Below are positions 1 to 5,107 of a DNA stretch of 6,491 nt, in pieces (within the stretch, counting starts at the first letter, position 1; each line of letters starts with the position of its first letter). The stretch covers positions 1 through 6,491 of IMG/VR virus record IMGVR_UViG_2660238215_000013; one strand, 5' to 3'. Made by a program: the position numbers and the translations under genes. Below the pieces are notes generated by a model that saw only the letters and a program-made list of their open reading frames with translations, searched no databases and was not told the origin of the DNA. The stretch is from a virus. Taxonomy: Duplodnaviria; Heunggongvirae; Uroviricota; Caudoviricetes.

Positions 1-300
1 CGGAAGGCCTTCACCATATGCCATGCTGTTTGACTGCCCCGCCAGAACCACAACAAAGTAATACTCCGGGTCTCTGGTGGCGCTGATTACTGTGCCTTCT
101 CCATCCGACGGCTTCACCACAACAGGTGTGCTCACATCACCTTCTGCGACAATCGCCTGAATAAGTGCTGCGCCATCATCCGTATACGAAGAAAACGGCC
201 CGCCGTATGGCTGCCATCCTTCACGAATTTTTTGAGCAAGCGCATCCGCAAGGTCTGACGGCGACGCCGCCCTGACCACGTCATAGTGTTTAAATGCCAT
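1..300 (-). CDS. Partial CDS (5' end in window, continues past coordinate 1): N-terminal ~100 aa of a prophage NanS-p-like protein, DUF1737-type N-terminus followed by the start of an SGNH/sialate O-acetylesterase-like domain
   Basis: Reverse complement of 1-300 is an unbroken frame from ATG (300-298) with GGAGG 4 nt upstream (305-309): MAFKHYDVVRAASPSDLADALAQKIREGWQPYGGPFSSYTDDGAALIQAIVAEGDVSTPVVVKPSDGEGTVISATRDPEYYFVVVLAGQSNSMAYGEGLP... The GQSN block is typical of SGNH-type esterases. Position directly downstream of the prophage tRNA trio matches the gene found after stxAB/tRNAs in lambdoid Stx-type phages. Absent from the ORF track because it is truncated by the window edge. Confidence 0.7.
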   Translation of the reverse strand, partial: MAFKHYDVVRAASPSDLADALAQKIREGWQPYGGPFSSYTDDGAALIQAIVAEGDVSTPVVVKPSDGEGTVISATRDPEYYFVVVLAGQSNSMAYGEGLP

Positions 301-400
301 GAATCCTCCCGGCCGGGATAATGTTGTGAGTCAGATAAGGGGCGGGCTGAAGTCCGGAAGTTACAGGACAATGACAGAAGGAAGACTACAGCCCGCAATA

Positions 401-429
401 CGAAAAAGGCCGCGCAGTTGCGCAGCCTT
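401..429 (-). terminator. Putative intrinsic terminator, minus orientation: near-perfect 11-bp GC-rich hairpin (406-429, one mismatch) followed on the minus strand by a U5 tract
   Basis: aaggccgcgcagttgcgcagcctt folds back on itself (10 of 11 pairs), then TTTTT on the minus strand (complement of aaaaa 403-407). Lies about 100 nt upstream of the esterase gene start. Confidence 0.35.
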
Positions 430-487
430 ATAAACCCTGGTTAAAATCCACACGATAAAAATGACAATGCAAGTATCTCATGCTGTT

Positions 488-512
488 GCCCGAACCTACT
501 CGGGCGTTTTTT
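488..512 (+). terminator. Putative intrinsic terminator, plus orientation: gcccga-acctac-tcgggc hairpin followed by T6
   Basis: 6-bp perfect stem 488-493/500-505, 6-nt loop, tttttt at 507-512. It is oriented against all flanking genes, so it would stop antisense transcription entering the tRNA/late region. Confidence 0.4.
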
Positions 513-830
513 GCATGTAAAAATGCTCCTGCGATGAGGAGCCTGGATATATGCCTAATCTCTGTATACAGCATGATGCCGGGTGCCTCCCGGTGAATTC
601 TGCAATGACCAGACAGAATCCGCAACTTGCCTATACAATACGCAACCAAACATCTGTCATTATGCCCCGCCGCCCAGGGGGATTCATCATGCAGGATTTT
701 TTTAACAAACGCTCAGCATGTCAGGCAACAGTCAACTACCTGAATTGTGAGGCATTTAACATTTCACTGTCCGGTATCTTTCCTGTAATAAAAAGCCCGC
801 AAAAGAGAGTCAGGGCAGATAAGTGTGGTG

Positions 831-907
831 TGGCGCGTTGTACTGGATTCGAACCAGTGACCGATTGCTTAGAAGGCAATTGCTCTGTCCGGCTGAGCTA
901 ACAACGC
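831..907 (-). tRNA. argO: tRNA-Arg, anticodon TCT (reads AGA); phage-borne rare-codon tRNA
   Basis: Minus-strand 77 nt: GCGTTGT-TA-GCTC-AGCCGGACA-GAGC-A-ATTGC-CTTCTAA-GCAAT-CGGTC-ACTGG-TTCGAAT-CCAGT-ACAACGC-G-CCA. Full cloverleaf with 7-bp acceptor stem, TTCGAAT T-loop and encoded CCA. Symbol follows the ileZ-argN-argO order of lambdoid/Stx phages, recalled not searched. Confidence 0.85.
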
Positions 908-920
908 ATGATGCTGATAA

Positions 921-997
921 TGGACCGCCATCGGGGACTTGAACCCCGCACAGCCAGCTTCGAAGGCTGGCGCTCTGTCCCGATGAGCTAATGGCGG
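921..997 (-). tRNA. argN: tRNA-Arg, anticodon TCG as read from the anticodon loop CTTCGAA
   Basis: Minus-strand 77 nt: CCGCCAT-TA-GCTC-ATCGGGACA-GAGC-G-CCAGC-CTTCGAA-GCTGG-CTGTG-CGGGG-TTCAAGT-CCCCG-ATGGCGG-T-CCA. Acceptor, anticodon and T stems are all complementary. Middle member of the trio; anticodon is as read here, symbol by position. Confidence 0.8.
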
Positions 998-1006
998 TAT
1001 GTGATA

Positions 1007-1082
1007 TGGTGGCCCTTGCTGGATTTGAACCAGCGACCTGGCGATTATGAGTCGCTCGCTCTCACCACTGAGCTAAAGGGCC
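1007..1082 (-). tRNA. ileZ: tRNA-Ile2 type (anticodon CAT, presumably lysidine-modified to read AUA); an elongator tRNA-Met cannot be fully excluded from sequence alone
   Basis: Minus-strand 76 nt: GGCCCTTTAGCTCAGTGGTGAGAGCGAGCGACTCATAATCGCCAGGTCGCTGGTTCAAATCCAGCAAGGGCCACCA. Nearly identical in layout to E. coli tRNA-Ile2 (ileX) as I recall it; anticodon loop CTCATAA. Confidence 0.85.
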
Positions 1083-1119
1083 GGGAGCAGAATAATAACG
1101 GTCCGTAATTAATTCCGCA

Positions 1120-1145
1120 ATAAAAAACCCGCTCAATGGCGGGTT
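1120..1145 (-). terminator. tR'-like intrinsic terminator of the late leader transcript (minus orientation)
   Basis: Minus strand AACCCGC-CATTGA-GCGGGTT followed by TTTTTTATT: 7-bp stem 1126-1132/1139-1145, U-tract from 1120-1125. Sits between the Q-like gene and the tRNAs, as tR' does in lambdoid phages. Confidence 0.6.
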
Positions 1146-1203
1146 CTGGTAAAGTTCATGCGTTTGGTTCGCCTCGCGATACAGCTTTGCGAAGCTTACC
1201 GGA

Positions 1204-1232
1204 ATTGAAGCAGTTTGTGGCTCATTTTGCAA
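1204..1232 (-). promoter_or_regulatory. Candidate late promoter PR' with presumed qut region: -35 TTGCAA (1227-1232), 17-bp spacer, -10 TTCAAT (1204-1209)
   Basis: Hexamers read directly on the minus strand, starting 8 nt after the Q-like stop codon (1240-1242). The predicted short transcript would end at the 1120-1145 terminator. Hexamer choice is by eye. Confidence 0.4.
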
Positions 1233-1239
1233 TGATTTT

Positions 1240-1776
1240 TTAAGCATAATCGAACGCTTCTCTCATAGGTGAATACAAAATGAACTCAGCAATACTCAAC
1301 CACTGATCAACACGGCGTCGGCATGTAATCAACGCCCACTCTGGGTACTGTTCGTTTAGTAGCTCGGCCATCCTTCTCTTACTCATCCCTCGTCCCACAT
1401 AACGCTGACTCAGGACATTAAGCAGCCCGGGATGATCCGCCAGTACTTCGCCAATAACCCTGTCGATTATTAATGCCTCTGCATCAGTACAATGCGCCAG
1501 CCAGCTCTTTTGCTTACCGTTAATCATATCCCGCAAAAAAGCCTCAAGTTCAGACTTGTTCAGACCTGCTTTTTTCATCCTCCGGAGCGCCTCGTTAATT
1601 GCCGTTTTTGTCAGCTTTTTAGAGGCCAACAACTGGTTGAACATATTCCCCGTCTTACCGCCGCCAATATACGACCAGCGCCCCCACATGCGCAGTTTTC
1701 CCTGAATCCAGACACTTTCCAGCGTGGTGAGACGAAGGTGCTCTCCGCTTTTTCCTGTGTTCGTTGGGTAAATCAT
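1240..1776 (-). CDS. Putative late-gene antiterminator Q (178 aa). Function assigned mainly by synteny (last gene before PR'/tR'/tRNAs, after ybcO-like gene), not by a verified family match
   Basis: ORF-track frame 1240..1896 trimmed to the ATG at 1776, which overlaps the upstream stop as ATGA (ATG 1776-1774, TGA 1775-1773). Product MIYPTNTGKSGEHLRLTTLESVWIQGKLRMWGRW...SPMREAFDYA. The 40 codons upstream of this ATG overlap the ybcO-like gene in another frame. Confidence 0.6.
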   Translation of the reverse strand: MIYPTNTGKSGEHLRLTTLESVWIQGKLRMWGRWSYIGGGKTGNMFNQLLASKKLTKTAINEALRRMKKAGLNKSELEAFLRDMINGKQKSWLAHCTDAEALIIDRVIGEVLADHPGLLNVLSQRYVGRGMSKRRMAELLNEQYPEWALITCRRRVDQWLSIAEFILYSPMREAFDYA

Positions 1777-2063
1777 AAATAACCGTCCTTTCTCCAGATC
1801 TCTTGTGTGCGAAAAACACCTTCTGCATGCATCAGGCGCAATTCTTCTTTGGTGTAATCGCTGGTTTTTACTCTCCCGTCGATTAAATCGTGGCATGAGT
1901 TACAGGCAATCGCCGCCTGCATATCGTGTGGTTTTGTCGCTGTTCCGCACGTCCCCGCCAGCCTGTAATGCGCCAGCACAGAAGTTTCGGGATTGTGATT
2001 GCAGTAGCCAGGAATTCTGACTGTGCACATCTGCCCCCGCGCCGCTTTACGTAAATCCACCAT
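1773..2063 (-). CDS. ybcO: YbcO-like DUF1364 protein (96 aa), a Cys/His-rich nin-region protein
   Basis: MVDLRKAARGQMCTVRIPGYCNHNPETSVLAHYRLAGTCGTATKPHDMQAAIACNSCHDLIDGR... matches the remembered DLP12 YbcO pattern (MADLRKAARG..C.VRIPG.CN.NPETSVLAH.RL.G.CGT.TKP.D..A.IAC..CHD.ID.R). Start ATG 2063-2061 overlaps the upstream stop as TAATG. Confidence 0.85.
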   Translation of the reverse strand: MVDLRKAARGQMCTVRIPGYCNHNPETSVLAHYRLAGTCGTATKPHDMQAAIACNSCHDLIDGRVKTSDYTKEELRLMHAEGVFRTQEIWRKDGYL

Positions 2064-2662
2064 TACGCAAACTCCAGTAACTGCGCGGCCACATTTTCGA
2101 CTTCCTCCGGAGAGGAAAATTTACGGAACAGGATCCAGTTCCACAGCACATTCAGTACAGATTTATAAACCTGCTGAAACTCGGTTTCGTCCATGTTCGC
2201 AAATGCGATAGATTTTGCCCTGCGCCCACGACTACCGTCCGGATAAAAATGTTCGGTGTAAAATCCGGCCTGAATGGTTACCCATTCGCGAAAAGCGTCA
2301 AAGGACTTGAGTAAGGCCGTATCCCGGGTTCTGCAAGTCGTAACGGTGTTAAGGTATTGCTCTGCGGCATCACTCAGGGCTGGCGTATGTTCCCGACCTA
2401 CTGATTCGCACAGGAAATCAACGAAACCGGACACCAGTTCTCGTTCGCGAGGCGTGATCGCCCCACCGTTCGGAGTCCAGTAATCGAATCCCAGTTGCAG
2501 GAGTTTGAAAAAACGCTTGTGGAACGCGTAGTTACGCACTCGCTTAAAGTCCGCGTGTATCCACTCACCTATTTTGATTTGATGCAAAAAATCGCAACTC
2601 TCCGGCGTCGCCGGGAGAAGTAATCCGGAAGAGGTTTGTTTGACCAGTTGTATATGCGCCAT
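2063..2662 (-). CDS. Conserved lambdoid nin-region protein, probably DUF1367 family (199 aa)
   Basis: ORF-track frame 2063..2674 begins at a TTG; the first ATG (2662-2660) has GGAG 6 nt upstream. Product MAHIQLVKQTSSGLLLPATPESCDFLHQIKIGEWIHADFKRVRNYAFHKRFFKLLQLGFDYWTP... Family assignment is from memory of prophage nin-region proteins and is unverified. Confidence 0.65.
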   Translation of the reverse strand: MAHIQLVKQTSSGLLLPATPESCDFLHQIKIGEWIHADFKRVRNYAFHKRFFKLLQLGFDYWTPNGGAITPRERELVSGFVDFLCESVGREHTPALSDAAEQYLNTVTTCRTRDTALLKSFDAFREWVTIQAGFYTEHFYPDGSRGRRAKSIAFANMDETEFQQVYKSVLNVLWNWILFRKFSSPEEVENVAAQLLEFA

Positions 2663-2721
2663 TGCTGTCTCCAATGGCGCTGTAGGTTGCCAGTTGTTCA
2701 GGCTGGCTTACGAATTATAAC

Positions 2722-2895
2722 TCATTCCCGAATCACCTTGAAACCGAGCCTTTCAAGATATTCAATGAATGCCTCGATAGATAAAATTACATGATTATCA
2801 GGGATTAACGTTGCGTAGATAACTTCCCCATTCTCAACGCGCACAGCATAGAGGCCATTTTCACTAAAAATTTCACGCAATTCTTCGATTTTCAT
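2722..2895 (-). CDS. Small acidic hypothetical protein (57 aa), not in the ORF track
   Basis: Hand translation: MKIEELREIFSENGLYAVRVENGEVIYATLIPDNHVILSIEAFIEYLERLGFKVIRE, stop TGA 2724-2722. SD-like GGAAGGA 6 nt upstream of the ATG. Lies in the AT-rich patch between the A-B-C terminator and the DUF1367-like gene. Confidence 0.5.
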   Translation of the reverse strand: MKIEELREIFSENGLYAVRVENGEVIYATLIPDNHVILSIEAFIEYLERLGFKVIRE

Positions 2896-2976
2896 CAACA
2901 GAATCCTTCCAGATAAATAGCACTCCCCTGCTCGGGGTCCATCCCTCTTCTCCCTGCGCGCTACTTAAGTGCATCG

Positions 2977-3004
2977 ATTCTAGTCAGGCATACCCGCTTA
3001 TCAA
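2977..3004 (-). promoter_or_regulatory. Candidate sigma70 promoter: -35 TTGATA (2999-3004), 16-bp spacer, -10 TAGAAT (2977-2982)
   Basis: Hexamers read on the minus strand about 80 nt upstream of the 57-aa ORF and just downstream of the A-B-C terminator. Could give lysogen expression of the 57-aa ORF independent of phage antitermination. Confidence 0.35.
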
Positions 3005-3057
3005 CAAACGAAGGTCGGTTTAGTGGAGGAATCGGCTAAAACTTGATCTGTTAAAGT

Positions 3058-3083
3058 AAAAAACCCGCCGAAGCGGGTTTTTT
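3058..3083 (-). terminator. Strong bidirectional intrinsic terminator closing the A-B-C operon
   Basis: aaaaaacccgccgaagcgggtttttt: 6-bp GC stem (3063-3068/3073-3078), loop UUCG on the minus-strand RNA, flanked by A6 and T6. Starts 6 nt after the stop of gene C (3089-3091). Confidence 0.75.
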
Positions 3084-3088
3084 GTATA

Positions 3089-3481
3089 TTACATACTCTC
3101 AATGTCATTTTTTAGTGAGTGCTTGTGTAACTCCATGGAGTAATCAACATCACGAAGAGTTTTTTCAATCTGCTTGCTTCTCAGGGTGGCAAGCGCATTA
3201 TCAATTGACACTTTTTCTTCATCTGAAGCATCAGCTCTCATTTTCGTAAGAGTCTTACGAGCCCTTGCCACATCCACCTTGAAACGTACGTCCTCTATGC
3301 TAGGTACGTTAACAAACGTAAGAAGTAGCAAAAAGAAGTGAGCAATAACAACAGCAACCCCAGGGAGAAATGCGTTGATATCAGCAGGTAACCCAATATA
3401 TGCGCTAGCCTTGACCAATAGGTAATTTGCCACCGGTGTGCACCACGCTTGGCTTGCAACATACTTAGATTGTTGAATCAT
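3089..3481 (-). CDS. Gene C of the candidate cassette: 130-aa predicted membrane protein, one clear TM segment (FLPGVAVVIAHFFLLLLTFVNV) and a charged, probably helical C-terminal tail. No family recognised
   Basis: ORF track 3089..3481. ATG 3481-3479 overlaps the stop of gene B as ATGA, with GAGG 6 nt upstream. Low GC like A and B. Confidence 0.7.
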   Translation of the reverse strand: MIQQSKYVASQAWCTPVANYLLVKASAYIGLPADINAFLPGVAVVIAHFFLLLLTFVNVPSIEDVRFKVDVARARKTLTKMRADASDEEKVSIDNALATLRSKQIEKTLRDVDYSMELHKHSLKNDIESM

Positions 3482-3717
3482 GAAGTGCCTCGCGTTAAAT
3501 CACGCTGAACCTCACTCAACGTGGACGCGAGCTCACGTGCATCCTTTGCATCCAACTGAACTTCGCAATAATGCCTAACTCCACATCGATCTATATAAGT
3601 AAATTTGAGTGTCTTACTTGGTTTAAGCCAAACCAAAAAATGATATACAGCAAAACGAGCCAACATAAAGGCGGCAACAAAAACCGTAATCATCAACATG
3701 ACACTTAAATAAGGCAT
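3478..3717 (-). CDS. Gene B of the candidate cassette: 79-aa small membrane protein, N-terminal TM helix (residues ~3-30) then a ~50-aa soluble tail with a Cys pair (DRCGVRHYC). No family recognised
   Basis: ORF track 3478..3717. Start is 8 nt after the stop of gene A (TAG 3728-3726) with AGGT 6 nt upstream. Stop overlaps the start of C. Confidence 0.7.
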   Translation of the reverse strand: MPYLSVMLMITVFVAAFMLARFAVYHFLVWLKPSKTLKFTYIDRCGVRHYCEVQLDAKDARELASTLSEVQRDLTRGTS

Positions 3718-3725
3718 ATTATTAC

Positions 3726-4595
3726 CTATACGATTCGACGTTCAGCTGCGGCGCGATGCCGTACAACCTGCGTGATAATGTATGCTGGATTCCCCAATAC
3801 ACCATTAGTTTCTTTGACTCTTTTTGTCACATTCACTACAAAAAGATCATCTTTACTGAATGACGCTTCGTTTAAATTTACTCGCTCAAGAAAACCAGCA
3901 TCCGCCATCTTAACCTTTACATCCTCGCCGTCTGGCAATACCATCCTCCAATCTGTATCGGAAGTAAAGCTCAGCTTAGAAAACTTGACGTTTAAGGTCA
4001 ATGAGTCTTCATGTGTATGTTGTACAACCGTATTATTCACTTTTTTAAAAGAAACAGATTGCTCTTGCGAAATAGAGACAATCTCCTCCCCACTTGAGTT
4101 TTTTACTCTAAACGACGAGTTTTTTTCAGTTTGCAGAGGAGTGTGTACCAATTTACTCATTTCATTGCGGATCGTAGAGTTTGTAACGAGCTTTTGTACG
4201 TCATTTGAACACTCAAATCGCTCATTATCAACAACAAAAGTCGCTCGGTTATTGGCTTCATCTATAACAACCTCATGTGGCTTTCGCCCTCGCAACCATT
4301 CTACAACCCCAACCAAACTCCCAGCACTTGCGCCGGTGGCAACAGAAAGCCCCAAGAGTTGCAAAGTAGATAAACTACCCAAAACAGAGACAAGAACAGT
4401 AAAAGATCCTTCCTGAATTGCCTTAATACTAACCCTAGTTGTTGCAGTCTCACCGTGGATAATTTTCTCTGCATTATCAATCAAATTACTTAATGAAGAC
4501 AGAGCATCACCAAGCATTTTAGCATCGATCTCATTATTCGCATATGCATCCCCAGCATATGCAATCTCAAGCTCTGTTACCTGTTGGTCGGTCAT
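3726..4595 (-). CDS. Gene A of the candidate cassette: ~289-aa protein with soluble N-terminal ~60 aa, a ~35-residue hydrophobic segment (FTVLVSVLGSLSTLQLLGLSVATGASAGSLVGVV; one long TM or a TM hairpin), and a ~190-aa C-terminal domain. No family recognised
   Basis: ORF track gives 3726..4613. The ATG at 4595-4593 has GGAG 9 nt upstream, whereas the ATG at 4613 has only A/T upstream, so 4595 is preferred (4613 remains possible). 870-nt frame in low-GC DNA, coupled to B and C downstream. Confidence 0.75.
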   Translation of the reverse strand: MTDQQVTELEIAYAGDAYANNEIDAKMLGDALSSLSNLIDNAEKIIHGETATTRVSIKAIQEGSFTVLVSVLGSLSTLQLLGLSVATGASAGSLVGVVEWLRGRKPHEVVIDEANNRATFVVDNERFECSNDVQKLVTNSTIRNEMSKLVHTPLQTEKNSSFRVKNSSGEEIVSISQEQSVSFKKVNNTVVQHTHEDSLTLNVKFSKLSFTSDTDWRMVLPDGEDVKVKMADAGFLERVNLNEASFSKDDLFVVNVTKRVKETNGVLGNPAYIITQVVRHRAAAERRIV

Positions 4596-4714
4596 GAAGT
4601 TCAACTCCACCATAAAAAATATGCAAAATAATTAACAGTATTTTCACTTTATGGCGGGTGCGTTGAGGATGCCTGACACATCAGAGGTGGCGGGGGTTTA
4701 CCCCGCCTGGTCTC

Positions 4715-4870
4715 TTACTCCTCAGGTTCGTAAGCTGTGAAGACAGCGACCTCCGTCTGGCCGGTTCGGATTCGTACCTCGCAGAGGTCTTTCCTCGTTA
4801 CCAGTGCCGTCACTATGACGGTTAAACAGATGACGATCAGGGCGATTAACATCGCCTTTTGCTGCTTCAT
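4715..4870 (-). CDS. hokD: Hok-family type I toxin (51 aa), HokD/RelF-like
   Basis: MKQQKAMLIALIVICLTVIVTALVTRKDLCEVRIRTGQTEVAVFTAYEPEE: single TM plus the conserved Hok C-terminal motif. Matches my recollection of K-12 Qin HokD. AAGGAG 9 nt upstream of the ATG at 4870. The ORF-track entry 4715..4927 is the same frame extended 19 codons upstream. Confidence 0.85.
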   Translation of the reverse strand: MKQQKAMLIALIVICLTVIVTALVTRKDLCEVRIRTGQTEVAVFTAYEPEE

Positions 4871-4991
4871 AGCCTGCTTCTCCTTGCCTTTCGGCGCGTA
4901 AGAGGCTAACCTACATGTGCAAGTCATAGATATGGCCTCAGATTAATGTTAAGCGTCTTGCCGGACGCGTAATGTTAACTGGGGCTTTTCT

Positions 4992-5027
4992 CTATCTGCC
5001 GTTGGTGTTCATGCCCGAGGCAGATAG
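4992..5027. repeat. 9-bp inverted repeat (ctatctgcc ... ggcagatag) with 18-nt spacer in the hokD upstream leader region
   Basis: 4992-5000 is the exact reverse complement of 5019-5027. Could be a structured RNA element of a hok/sok-type leader. Confidence 0.6.
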
Positions 5028-5085
5028 CCTCAAGCACCCGCAGCAATTCTACTTAACTCTCGCTTTACCGCAAACCGTTTTTACC

Positions 5086-5107
5086 CGATATGGGAATTCC
5101 CATATCG
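5086..5107. repeat. Perfect 22-bp palindrome CGATATGGGAATTCCCATATCG centred on GAATTC
   Basis: Reverse complement equals itself. Lies 9 nt downstream of the 34-aa peptide stop and ~215 nt upstream of the hokD start. Candidate dimeric-regulator operator or a 9-bp-stem RNA hairpin in the hok leader. Confidence 0.9.

Noticed and set aside
132-398. 88-aa minus-strand ORF
   Set aside because: Out of frame with, and overlapping, the well-supported esterase gene start (ATG at 300 with GGAGG). Arg-rich product typical of an off-frame reading of a real gene.
428-649. 73-aa minus-strand ORF
   Set aside because: Begins at a TTG, has no SD, and the product has no recognisable features. The hairpin at 401-429 overlaps its 3' end.
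300-830. Shiga toxin genes stxA/stxB expected downstream of the tRNA trio
   Set aside because: The interval is only ~530 bp with no suitable ORFs, so this prophage segment is stx-negative.
551-901. 116-aa plus-strand ORF
   Set aside because: Its 3' end runs through the argO tRNA gene on the opposite strand, and it has no RBS or protein-like composition.
1062-1247. 61-aa minus-strand ORF
   Set aside because: Overlaps the ileZ tRNA, the tR'-like terminator and the candidate PR' promoter. Incompatible with those better-supported features.
1626-1660. P-loop-like GGGKTG motif in the Q-like protein
   Set aside because: Does not fit the Walker A consensus GxxxxGK[ST] in spacing and has no Walker B context. 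Considered coincidental.
1492-2483. Plus-strand ORFs 1492-1782, 1805-2020, 2023-2211 and 2274-2483
   Set aside because: All are antisense to the coupled minus-strand genes (Q-like, ybcO-like, DUF1367-like), lack SD sequences, and have Arg/Ser/Pro-rich shadow-ORF composition.
3772-4416. 214-aa plus-strand ORF (GTG start) lying entirely antisense within gene A
   Set aside because: Ser/Thr/Cys-rich low-complexity product, GTG start without a convincing SD, and no partner genes on the plus strand. The minus-strand frame is supported by an SD and tight coupling to B and C. Treated as a shadow ORF, though the length of the antisense frame is noted in the findings.
4871-4927. N-terminally extended 70-aa form of Hok (ORF track 4715-4927)
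   Set aside because: The canonical 51-aa Hok begins at the ATG at 4870 with AAGGAG upstream. The extension is kept only as a possible mok-like leader in the findings, not as the gene call.
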